Shown in pieces: positions 10,252 through 21,665 of a DNA stretch of 50,099 bases. How positions within the stretch are numbered: the first letter of the stretch is position 1; the number at the start of each line of letters is the position of its first letter. A model generated the notes under the pieces. The model did not search any database and was not told the DNA's origin. It was given only the letters and a program-made list of their open reading frames with translations. The DNA comes from Chrysochromulina tobinii (Eukaryota). The position numbers and the translations under genes were made by a program. The DNA is taken from positions 1-50,099 of the forward strand of contig JWZX01003266.1 in NCBI GenBank assembly GCA_001275005.1, written 5' to 3'.

Positions 10252-12640
10252 CTATATATATATCTGCATGATCGACTCGATGCCGCCACGGCACATCGGA
10301 CAATTCCCCGCGCCGCCCGATTTGCCGATCAGCATCGCCGCGTCGTCCGCGCACAAGCACACGTGTCCGCACGGCACGATGGCGTGCGTGGATACCTTTT
10401 CGTAGCAGATCACGCACATCGCGCACATCGCGCCCTGATCTTTGTCTTGAGCTCCTTCTCCCATCACATTCAGCATCTGTGGATCGCACCCGTGCTCGTG
10501 TGAGAGCACCGTCAAAGACGCCGCGACCTCGCATGTCGCCGCCCTCTTTTTGCTCTTCGGTTCGATGCACGAGGCTATCACGCCGATCAATTGCTCTGTG
10601 ATGCCCCCGACCGGCCACCTCGCCTCCCCGGCGCGGTCGATGAGCGCCGATAGAGTGTCTTTCCCCTTCTCTCCCTCCTCCACCGCCTCCTCGAACTCGC
10701 TCACCAGCGCGGGCTCGTCCCGGTCCTTGTCAAAGGCGCGGCGCGAGCAAAGCAGCTCGATCATGCACACGCCGAAGGAGTAAATGTCGCTCGCGGTCGT
10801 GATCTTGCCCGTCCTCGCGTACTCGGGGTCAATGTACCCCGGCGTTCCGACGATGCGAGTTGACGCTCCCTTGGCCGCGGCACCCTCGGCTTTGGCGCTG
10901 TCCGAAATAAGTCTGGCGAGCCCGAAGTCCCCAATGCAGGCGCTGAGAGACGAATCGAGAAGAATGTTCGCCGTCTTGATGTCGCGATGGATCATTATAG
11001 GCTCTGCGATCACGTGCAAGTACTCCAGGGCGGAGATCACTTGAAGCATCCACGAAATGCGGCGTCTCCACCCGCACGCTATCCGCGTGCTCAAGTCCTT
11101 ATCCAAGTATGACCTGATCGATCCGTTCGGTTTGAGCTCGTACACCAAGCACTTGCCCCCCCTCGGGTCGTCGATGCAACATCCGAGGAGCTGCACGAGG
11201 TTGGGATGCCTGCACATCTGCAGCGCGCCTAGCTCCGCGCGCAGCTGCTCCTCGCTGCTGAGCGTCGCCTCCGCCATGACCTTCACGGCGACCTGCTGGC
11301 TCGCGCCGATCGTGCCCGAGTACACAGGCCCGAAGGATCCCTCGGCGTTCAGGAGAGACTTGGGGCTGAAGCCGCGGGTCGCGGCTTCCAGCTCGCAATA
11401 ATCGTAGTGCCGGAGCCCGGCGTAGGACTTGTCGGGGCGGGGCAGAGCCTTGAGGTACGCCACCACCCTCACCTCCGTGGGGCAGCCAAACGGCAGGCGG
11501 TTACCCATGAGCGACACGGCGCGCGTTCCACCGTTCGCCGCTGCTGAGGAAGTCGCCGCTGCTGAGGAAGGCGTGTTGAGGAAGTCGCATCTCTCCAGGA
11601 CGGCGATGCCCTCAAGGTGCAGCACGTTCCCCGTCAAGGACAGGTTGTCCAGTGACGCGAGCTGGTGGAGGCAGTCGGGCAGGCGCTGCAGCCCGCAGTT
11701 AGTGACGGACAGCGACGCGAGAGCGGGGCAGTCGCAGATCGAGGGAGGCAGCTCAGGCACGTCGCAGTCCTTGAGTGACAGGGACCTGAGCGTGCTTGTG
11801 AACAGCACGTTGGGGAGCGCCGACTTGTACCCGAAGAGGGGAGTCGCAGTTCCGGCTCCAGAGATGGTGACGGATTCGAGGGACCTGCAGTTTGACCAGA
11901 ACGACGCTGTTGCACTGAAACCGTCAACGCCCTTCACGCTGAGCGACATCAGTGAGGAGGAGCCGGGGCTGAAGTCGAGAGAAGCCTTCCGGAGGCGAAG
12001 GTGCTCAAGGTCCAGACGGGACAGGGCGGTCACACGGACCAAGGACGTGTTCAGGTCCACAGGAGGAGAGCCGGGGGCGTCCTCGATGCCACTTAAGGAA
12101 AGCTCGGTGAGGGTGGAGGGAAAGACGGGGAGCCCTCGTGAGGCGCATCTTCTCCATAGGGGCGCCAGAGTTTCCAACGCCGTTGTCTTGAATCAGCGTG
12201 AAGCGGCTCATCTTTACGCAGTTGGCGAGCGATGGCAGGTCCAGCTCAGTGATGTGTCCCTTCGTGAATTGTAGCTCGCCCAGCGAGCCCTCGCACAGGG
12301 CTAGGTCGGCGTCGCGGATCCGGAGACACTTGACGCAGCAAAAGCTGAGCGAGCTGATGTGCTCCGCGCCAGTGGGGTCCTTCTCTCCCAAAACCCTGAA
12401 CACGTCGCGGCAGATGAAAGGAGGACGATCACCGCTCTCCGGACCCTTACCATCTAAGCAGGCTTGGATCCTGATGTTCCAGTCGTTCTTCTTCTCCTTC
12501 TTCTCCTTCTCCTCGTCCTCCTGCTGCTTCCCCATAGCCTCCTCTTTATACTTTCTGTACGCCTTGCGCCTTTCGTCCTCGTCGTTATGCATGAGCGCGA
12601 ACTCGCCGTCCTTGTTCAAACGAAGATAGTTGTTGGGCAT
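10252..12640 (-). CDS. Cytosolic LRR - Pelle/IRAK/RLK-like Ser/Thr kinase - RING (C3HC4-like) protein; 1-nt frameshift near 12136
   Basis: LRRs (LRSLSLKDC, LASLSVTNC, LDNLSLTGN). Kinase YDYCELEAATRGF, VAVK, HRDIKTANILLD, DFGLA, GTPGYIDPEY. RING CVIC...PCGHVCLC...CPMCR. Upstream ORF 12005..12649 runs into the LRR frame at MRLT/GLPVFP. Confidence 0.88.
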
Positions 12641-12890
12641 GAGGGTCAATCGATGTGTATTCCTTGCGGGTGCGAGCGGGCGAAGCGAAAGCGAGCGAGT
12701 GTGAGCACCGGCGATCGTTTTAGTTCCCCTTGTTCTTTAACGAAACCGTTTCCGTCACGTTCACGTTATTTTGCGATCTCGAATGTTCTAACGAAACCCA
12801 TAATCTGCGAGAACAGTGAGGGGTGTCGCACATTTTGCTTGCGTGCAACGTGTTTGGCAGTTTGGGGCTGCTGTCGGGCGGAGCCGACGT

Positions 12891-13877
12891 ATGTCGAGCC
12901 GCGTGCGTGCGGTGCAATCCTCGGCGTGCCTGATGAGCGCTCTCGGGCTGCTACCTGCGCGTTCGGACCTAGCCATAGGCGCCGCGCACCAACTGGTGCC
13001 ATGTACAATCGGGCTCCGATCTGCAAGCGGGCCCTCAGTTGATCTGGGCGCGCCCGATGGCCTTTTGATGCCCTTGGGTCATCAGGATACTGTTGATGGC
13101 TGCCGCTGCCCGATAGAATACGAAGACGAGCTCCAAGATGCGCCTCCGCTCTCTCTCCGGCTCGCGGCTGTGGCGATCGCAATAGATTCACGCAGGCGCG
13201 TCCTGCTCACTCGTCGGCCGAGATCCATGAGCACCTTTCCGGGCGCGTGGGTGTTGCCAGGAGGCTCGGTCGATGCCACGGACACGTCACTCGTGTGCAC
13301 GGCGTTGCGCGAGTTGGAGGAGGAGACTGGCCTTCGCGCGTCTCTCGACGAAGACACGCTGCCGCTGTGCTTCTGGGAGTCATGCTACCCGGTAACCTAC
13401 GAAGGCTGGCGCGACGCGCGCGCTGTCGGCAAGCGCGTCGCACACTCGCTCATTGCCTTTATCGTGGTGCCCATAAGCGACGAGGTGATTGCAGAGTCGA
13501 CGCTGCGACTTCAACCCGACGAGTGCGACGCGGCGTGTTGGGTTCCGCTTGACGACGTGGCAGGCACGCTCTGCATCCGGGCGGCTGGCGTGCATGACGG
13601 AGCTGGTGCGCATGCATCGGGCGCCGAGCCCAAACTTGGCGCGGACGAGGCTGGAGCCGTAGCTGGTCCGCCCAAGAGGCAGCGTACATGGGAGGACGGA
13701 GCGGCTAGCAGCTCATCATACCCTGGCGTGCTCAGCACAACGGACGGCTTCTTGGAGCCAGGGACAATAAAGGCCGACAGCCTCGCTGGTGTCTACCCGA
13801 ACGCGTGCGGCGAAGGCGTGGGACGAGGGCACTGCTTTGCGCTGAGGCAGCTGTTGCACATGTCGGATGGCTCATGA
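12891..13877 (+). CDS. Nudix hydrolase, NUDT17-like
   Basis: Nudix box PGGSVDATDTSLVCTALRELEEETGL, plus LLTRR...FPGAWVLPGG, LCFWESCYP and G.CFAL motifs resembling NUDT17. Confidence 0.82.
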   Translation: MSSRVRAVQSSACLMSALGLLPARSDLAIGAAHQLVPCTIGLRSASGPSVDLGAPDGLLMPLGHQDTVDGCRCPIEYEDELQDAPPLSLRLAAVAIAIDSRRRVLLTRRPRSMSTFPGAWVLPGGSVDATDTSLVCTALRELEEETGLRASLDEDTLPLCFWESCYPVTYEGWRDARAVGKRVAHSLIAFIVVPISDEVIAESTLRLQPDECDAACWVPLDDVAGTLCIRAAGVHDGAGAHASGAEPKLGADEAGAVAGPPKRQRTWEDGAASSSSYPGVLSTTDGFLEPGTIKADSLAGVYPNACGEGVGRGHCFALRQLLHMSDGS

Positions 13878-14812
13878 GAGCTCGGATCGGCTCTCTCTTT
13901 CGAGCTCGACGGTATGCGTCGGCCGTCGCGGCTCAAGAGGGCCTGCTCCTGCAGACTGGGCTATACAGCGTGCGAATGACTCTCAACGACTCGAATGTAT
14001 CCCTAGACGTGCAGCTGTATCTTTCGCGGAACGCGAACGCTCGGGCGGGGCGCGGAAGCGGCGCGGAAGCGCGGATGATCGACGATGACCACCTGCGTGG
14101 CTTCACTTACTCGTCCGACTCGCGCGCAGGCCGCAGCGCGTCGCGGGGCCGTGGGGTGGGACCGACCGGCGAACTGCGAACTCTGGGCGTGGGCCCCTCC
14201 CCCTGCGCTCGGCTGACGCTGACCGAATCCGAAATATCAATCTCCGGGGGGAATACACGATAAACCTCGCGAGGCGGAGCGGCGGAGACACAATCGGTGA
14301 AAACCGTAACCGAACGCCAGCCCGACGATAGTCGTAACGTAACCATATAATCGAACGCCCGTAATACCGAGGATATATGCCGACGCCGTCCCGCGCCTAA
14401 CCCGCGCCGGTGTACTGGATCCCCCGCCCGGGTAGAGGCAGTAAGACGAGAGTGACGAGAGCGCCAACAGCAACAGCCACAACCAACACCGTGCTCCGCT
14501 GCCTCCGTCACCTCCGTGGCCTGAGGTGTCAGACACCCGCATCGTCGCCCTCGCCTTCAAGAGGCCACCAGCACCACACTGCGACAGCTCCACACGGTCA
14601 CGCCTCCTCCACGCCGGCACGACCGCCTTCAGCGGAGCTCCACGGACCACGCCGGCGGCGCGGGCGCGGGCGCTACGACGCGGCAGTGGCCGGCGTCGTG
14701 ATGAGCACTTGCATGCAGAGCGGCCCACCGACGGCACGTGCGCCATCTCCAACGCGAACCAACCTGATCTCCCGCTCTCCCGGGAGATACGATCTCATTC
14801 GGAGATAGGATC

Positions 14813-16830
14813 TCATTCTGAGAGGCGCAGCGCTGCGAGCGCATGGCCGCCGAGCACATCATCGCCGTCATCGTCGAGCACCGCCTCCTCGCACTGCCCA
14901 AAAATGCCTGTTCCGAGTCCTGCTCCTTTGGCCCCATGCTCCTCCGACGGGTTGCCCGTGGCGCCGATGCGCTTCCCTTCGCGCCAGCGCTGGCCGAGGG
15001 CCGCCATCACGTCAGCCTGGCTGGCGCCGGGCATAGCCTGCTTGAGCGCCACATAGTGGAGCTTGACGAACTGTGCGTACGCATTCGCCGTACGCGGTTT
15101 GGATGGGGTCCCGTCCCGCTCGAAGGTGCCGACGAAGGTGAGCCGGCCGCCGCACGCTGCACAGCACTTGCGCTCTACGTCGACGGACTTGGAGTGGCGC
15201 GCGAACTCGTTGCCGCAGCCGGTGCACCGGTATCGGAACTTGCCGCCGAAGACGTCGTACGTGTGGCACGTCTTGATGGACATGCCCGGCACGGCGCGTT
15301 CGAAGGCGCGCGCCCACAGCTGGAAGGCGGCGCCGTGCGGCGGCTGCTTCTCACCCTCAAGGAGCCATTGGGCAGCGTGGCACATCTCGTGGGCGAGCGT
15401 ACCTGATGAGGGACGCAATCCGTGACCATCAGGGAGGCACTCAGTGACTCTCAGTGAGGTCATGAGTGGCCATCAGCGAGGCCATCAGTGAGGCACGTGA
15501 GAGCGCTCTCGTGAGCGCGCGTACCCCGCAGCCGTGCCTCGCTGTCGAGCACCTTTGAGGAAAGCTCGATCGCCGCCGTGCGCAAGCCGCCAGCGCCGCC
15601 CAGTACAGCGCCGCCCTTGCTCCCATCGGCACGCCCACGGAAGGCGCACTGGCCTGCCGTACGGAGCAGCCGAGGGTTCCACGTGATCGGCAGGTCGACC
15701 GGTAGAGCGCCCCCGAAGACGGCGGCGTTGTACTCGGCGTATAGCTGAGGAGCGAGCTCATGCAACCGCCGTTGCATCGACGCCTGCGAGCGCGGCGTTG
15801 GGGCGCCGCTACCAGCCGGGGTGCCACCACGCGCGGGCGTCCGCACCGGCGGGCGAGAATCGGGCGCGCGGCCACCCTCGTCCACGTCCACGTCCACGTC
15901 CTCGTCCTCGTCCACGTCGATGACGACAACGGCTCGGTTCGCCGCCGCAATGGCCCAGCGGCTCTCCGAGTGCGGAGTGCGAGCGGCGCGGCTGCCAGTC
16001 TCTCTGTTGAGGGGCTTCTCACCCAGCTTCTCACGCAGCTTCTCACCTTCGCACCGCCCCGAAGGTTTGGTGCTGGTGAGATGCTTGCCTTGCCTCTCTT
16101 GCACATCCTCTCCACGCCCCTCTTCGCCGCTGCCCTCCTCGCAGCTGCCCTCTGCGTCCTCATCCTCGTCCTCGTCCTCCTCGTCCTCACTACCCTCTTC
16201 ATAGTCAGGGTCGTCGTCCTCGTCCGGCACGATGAACCCGTCCAGGTCGGAGCCTTCGTCACTGCCATCGGTGCTCCGTGCGTCGTCCTCGTCATCGCTC
16301 TCTCCCCCCGCTAACCGACGCTCGCGACGACCCTGGCGAGGCTCCGCCAGCGAGCGGGGTGCGGGTGCCTTGGCTGACATGGGTGCTACCTTCTCGTCCG
16401 GATCCTCCTCCTCGTGGTCCTCATCGTCGCTCAGCTGCAGTTGGCGACGGGAGCCGGGGGTGCGGCGCGCACGATCTTGGCCGAGCACGGCCGCCTCCTC
16501 GTCCTCGTCCTCGTCATCGAGCACCACCGCCGCGCGTCGCCTCCACGGCGTCGACGGCGGCGGCGACGGCGGCGGCAGCGGCGGCGGCGGATCGGAGTCT
16601 GCTGCGAGCACACCCTCATCATCAGAGTCTGAGAATTCGCCCTTGGGAGCGTAGTCTGCTTGATCGTAATCTGCGTCCTTGGGCGCAGCCGTCGGCCCAC
16701 GCGGCATCGGCTTGGCACCCGCGTCCGAAAAGATGACCATCTGTTCAGCCTGTCGCGCCACCAACGCCACCACCTCCGCGGACCACCCTTGGGATTCCTC
16801 GATTGCATCCGCCGCCTCCTCGTGCATCGC

Positions 16831-16868
<38 letters not shown>

Positions 16869-17385
16869 CAACGAAAGGCGAATCACTCAGCACGTTGAAC
16901 ACGCGTGACGCCAACGCATCGGTGAACGGTACGACCGCGGTGGCACACGCGTCGAAATGCGACCCATTCTCCTTGTTCTCATCGTCGGATGGCTTACCCT
17001 TGCTGATAAGTGGCGGCGGTGGCGGCATGCGGAGCCGGAGGAGCGATGCCTCCGTAGCATCTCCTCTCAGCCGCGCATTCTCATCGTGCAGCCTGCCGAC
17101 CTCGCCACGAAGACTCATATTATCCGTGCGTAGTGCGTCGATGAGCTCGAGCTGCGCGTCCACCTCGCGCGCGCGCTCGCGCAACTGGGCATTCTCGAGC
17201 CGTAGCTCGGTGATCGCCCTTATCAGAGCTGGAGGAGAAGTGATAGCGTCCACGGGCTCGGGCGCACGAGCTTGCGTCGCGGAGTTCGAGCGCACGTTGA
17301 GCGGCAGCGCCTTTGTGCCGCTGGGTGGAGTTTTGGACGCAACGGAAGGCTGCGCCGAGGCCGCTAGGATTCCTATTGGCACCAT
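14813..17385 (-). CDS. GCNA: GCNA/ACRC-like SprT metalloprotease: acidic disordered N-terminus, SprT, zinc ribbon, HMG-box-like tail; intron 15403..15524
   Basis: ITWNPRLLRTAGQC, IELSSKVLD. Splicing gives RLRG|TLAHEMCHAA (HExxH). HGAAFQLWA, YRCTGC...CAAC, NAYAQFVKLHY...VMAALGQRW; long D/E tracts. Confidence 0.82.
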
Positions 17386-18133
17386 CTTCAAAGCGAGGCG
17401 CGAGTTCGGTTGTGAATGGTGAACTGGCTGTTAAACTTTCGGCCGCATAGGATTAAATAGGGCTTCTGAATTGGCTGTTAACATGCGGAGGTAGGTAGAG
17501 AGAGGTAGGGCACATCAGTATTAGGTGTTGAGGAGCGGCGTGGGCCTCCAGGCTCTATACTCCAGTAGGTGTGAATTTGAAGTGTGAGCATCCAATCGAC
17601 TCGACCACGTCCTCCCGTTCGTCCGCTGACTAGCGGATTTGCGCCTTGTCGGTGTGAATACATTCACCCTATGAATCTTGATGCCGTGCTGAAGAGCACG
17701 CTCTCGACCCAAACGTCTGCCGGCGATCAAGTGCATCTCCGTTACACATCAACTCTTACAAAGTATCAAAGTAGTCGTCTTTCTCAGTGATCACTGTGGA
17801 TTGTGCAACACACGAGTGCAAAGCTGCAAACAAAGAATGAAACAACGCTCTCGCTCTCGGATTCTGTTTGCACGATCCCCCCGCTCGTTCGCCATCCATC
17901 GAGCTCGCGCACGCCATTCCATCCAAAGATCCAAACCCAACGAGCAACGTACAGAATACGTGCAGAACACGCCAGTCATCACCAACGCCGGCCGATGTAT
18001 TCTTAGAGCCCGAGCTCCATCCACGCTTAGCCCCGCCCACGCTTCCTGCCACGCACGGGTTGCCCACGCACGATGTGTGGTTTTGGGGTACCCTTTGAGG
18101 AAGAGAAACGCCTTCATCCAGTTCGTGGGGCTT

Positions 18134-21100
18134 CTAAGGGGGGGAGAAGCGTGGATGCTTCGATGGTCGTGCCGCTTCGCCATCCTCGTCCTCCTTGTCA
18201 CGCTCTCCAGACGTCTGCTTCGTGTCACCATCAGCCTCGCTGCTCTCGTCCTTGTCGCTGCTTGGATCCTCTGCCGCGAGCATTCTGCGGTAGCTGATCA
18301 TCTCAAAGCCCCCTCCCTCGTCCTCAAAGAGGTCAAGGACACAGTCCTCATCGAAGTCAAGGAGTGCGCACACTTTCTCATCCTCATCGGCGCTCGCCAG
18401 CTGCTCTGCACGGGTGGCTGCTTCCGCTGCAGCGAGGGCCGAGAGCTTCTCCGGATTGTACATGCGCTCGATGTACGCCTTGGCTGGCTGGAAGCGGCCG
18501 GCGTCGGTGAAAGCCCAGAAGTTGGTCTTGAGGGGTATGTCTCGGCGCGCGTCGCCGAGCCGCACGGCCACGTCGCACCGAAAGCTCTCGCGGATGAATC
18601 CATACGTATTGGTATGGGGCCCACTGGTCCTGATGCCATAGCCGTCATTCTCGCCGGCCCATTCCTCATCGTCGTAGTCATCTTGAGGACGGCAGGGCGC
18701 CACAAAGTTCGGATCGACGCCGCGACCGAGCTTGCCAGCAAGTTTGCTCGCGATGGTGTCCGCCTCGATGGGCCAGAGGCGACCCTCGATCTTCTCGACG
18801 TAATCAGCTTCTATGGATCCGGGGCAAGGCACGTAGGCACGTGAGAAGAGCACCTGTGCTTCCATATCAAAAAGCGAGGAGAGGCTGCCCTTGAGGCTGT
18901 CCCAGCGGTCGATTTCGCGGCTTTTGAGCATCCTCTGATCTTGCTCATCCTTCTCCTTCGGCGTGAGCTCACGAATCGTGGTGATCCACGGACCAGTCCC
19001 CTCCGCTTGTGAGTACTTCACCTCGGGCTCATGGGAGGGCAGGCCAAAGGCGGCGCGGCGCACGCCAGGCACGGCACACTCGAAGCCCTTGGCGATGTAC
19101 TTGCTGATGCGAGCGACACTCGCGGGGCTCCAGTACATCGTGTCCACGTAGAACGCGCTGCGGCGCACCGCCTCAACAAACGAGGGAAGCGCCTCCACCA
19201 CGAGCGTCGGCGTCGCTGCCTTGGCGTCGATGCGCGCGAGAACCTGGGGCAAGGCACATCGAGCCACATCTCAATGGAGAAGGCAGTGTGGAGAAGGCGC
19301 AGCGCCAAAGTTGGCAGGTCAATTCAGTGGAGACGCGGTGGGTGCCTTCTCTCGGCGGCATGAGCACCTTGCACGGCTGGAGGTCAAAGTACTCGACAAT
19401 CTGCGAGCGAGCACGGTGCAGGCCGAGGATGATCTGGAAGGGGCGATCGGTTAGCCACGCGTCCTTGTTCGCCGCCGCATTGCCGAGTTGTGGGAAGCTC
19501 TGCTTTTCCTTGCTCACCTTCTTCGCGTCCTTCTTGGTGTACGTGATGGCCGCGTTGCTACGGCTGACGTCGTACACGCCCACGTAGCGCTCGCTCTGCA
19601 TGAGCTCGTCGATCTGGCGGAGCACGGCGGCAGACCCGTCATGGTCAAGGCCGTACAGGAAGATGTCAACGTCGGAGCCATGTTCGATGAAGCGTGCGAC
19701 GCCGCCGAGCACTGCGCCTCCGGCCGCGGCGGCGCACGTCGCGTGCTGCGTCAGGATCTCGATCACCGCCGGCGGCATCTGCTTGAGCGTCGTCTCGGCG
19801 GGATCGTCCTCGAAGACCTTGCAGCCCGTAAAGGTCTTGGCGTCGAGCTTGTGCGGAAGCGCCTTGAAGAGCCATGCCTCGCCCTCCTTGGCCATCGGGC
19901 TATAGCCCGTCACTTGTGCCAGCTCGTCGTCTATGAGGACCAGGGCTCGGTCCGAGGATGCCGGGGATGTGCCGAGCATCAGCTTCTGCTCATCTCGGTG
20001 GAGGGCCCACCAGAGGGGAGAAAGTTTGTACAAGTCGGCCACTGCCAGAACGAGATCTCGAATACGCGCCGCTTGGCGCAAAGGGGATCTGTCAGCGCTC
20101 ACGACTGCGCTCTACTGGGATGGGGGAGGCGCGGCGTTGGAACCCTGATCTCGCACCGTACGCTGCGCGCTCAAGCAGCGGGTTAATCTTGCGGGCCGGG
20201 CAGCCCAGCACGTCAACGGTCGCTTCGACGAGGGCGAGAAGTGTGGCGCTCGGCTCGCGCTTCTGCGTCAGCTCCCCTTTCTCGAAGAGGGAGAATATTT
20301 CTTCGAGCTCCGCGCGTTTGCACGGCATCCCAAGCGTCGGAACCCCATGGCCCTGCTCGTCAGCCGCGTCGCGGCTGCCTTTGAGAGCCCACCGGCCTGA
20401 GAGGAGTGAGCCGCAGTAGTCAAAGGAGCGCAGGAGCTGGAACCTAGCGCCCGAGATGTGCCAGCCGCTCTCGTGGCCCTCGGCGTCCGCGTCTTCGAAC
20501 GTGAGGATGGCCTCCTCGACACACTCGGGGTCAAAGGACGAGACGTCTGCCACTGCGGAGCTCGAATCCACGGCGGCGGCGGCGGCGCCGCCGGTGCAGC
20601 CGGCCGACACGTGTTTCGAGATGGGAGCGCTCTTGCCGTCCGCGCACTTGGTGCGCGGGCGTGCAATGCTCGTGAGAAGGCTATCAGGGATGTGCGTGAG
20701 GGGCGCCGCCCACAGCGCACGAATCCACTCCTTGTCCGTGCTGGGCGCCACGAGAACTGCGCGGGCGTCACGAAAACTCGAGAAGAGGGCGTGAGAACAA
20801 AGTGAGAACAGTCGGGACGACGATGCGGCAGGGCGGCAGGGCAAGAGACATCCAATGGGGAGGTGCTCTCGGGGTGCCCTGGGAGGGAGGCTTGGGGTGG
20901 CGCTGCGCACTGATGCCGCCGGTGCCCGTACTGGTGATACTCTTGAAGTCGACATTCGTCATGACCTGCGCGCCGCCGCTGCAGTCGTAGTAGCCGCCAG
21001 TATCCGCGAGCGCGCTGCGCTTGAAGTAGAAGTGCATGCCCTTTTTTGTCTGGGCACACGGCGCGTCCCGCAGCGAAGGAAAGCGCGCCTCAAGATCGGC

Positions 21101-21427
21101 GGCCGCCTCGGGGCTATCGCAGTCAACGACGCAAAGATCGTGCAGGATGATCGCATAATCGAATGCCCTTTCGCTCGCGATCGCTCGGTGAAAATCATCC
21201 CACGTCCAGCCCGGTTTGTATGGATAAAACGGTCGCTTGTCACCGACGCCGCATGGGGTGAGCACGTCGTGTGGGTGCGTGGCGCGCAGAAAGCCAGTCA
21301 GGAGCGTGAGCTGCATATCACAACTCGGCGACGGCGCAGGGGTGCTGCGGTCAACGTGGCCGTCCGTGGGTAGGCGAAGCGGTTCGCGCGTGGGCGAGGT
21401 CGGTGGCACGCTCGTTGTTCCTTGCAT
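18134..21427 (-). CDS. Predicted 966-aa fusion: AEP bifunctional primase-polymerase (Prim-Pol), BTB-like middle domain, Pol-beta-fold nucleotidyltransferase, acidic tail. Exons 20911..21427, 20157..20756, 19368..20041, 18134..19243
   Basis: Three GT-AG introns (20757..20910, 20042..20156, 19244..19367) give a phase-consistent 2901-nt CDS. AEP motifs VVDCD, TKKGMHFYF, VDFKS, GGIILVAPS. NTase motifs AGGAV, SDVDIFLYGL, FQIIL, FDLQPC, RISKYIAKGF. Confidence 0.8.
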
Positions 21428-21665
21428 GTGCGCTACGGAAGCGGCCACGTGCGATGTGTTCGATGAGATGAGTTCTTCTCACACACGGCAGAGAGGCCGC
21501 GAAGTTCCGTTCTTGAAGTTTCAGCACTTGCATGCACACTCGTGTGCTCAAATCTGGACAGCTCCCACTGCAGCTCCACTACAGACTTCGGTCAACAGAA
21601 GTCCTGTTCTAGAGTGCTCGGAGAGGGGGAAATTCCTATACCGCTCTTTCAACATCCGATCACCA

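Noticed and set aside
17801..18844. 347-aa plus-strand ORF with hydrophobic stretches
   Set aside because: Antisense shadow of the acidic tail of the Prim-Pol/NTase gene
18134..21427. Prim-Pol gene as part of an integrated virus or Polinton-like element
   Set aside because: No capsid, packaging ATPase, integrase or terminal repeats nearby; host-like GC and introns; flanked by host genes
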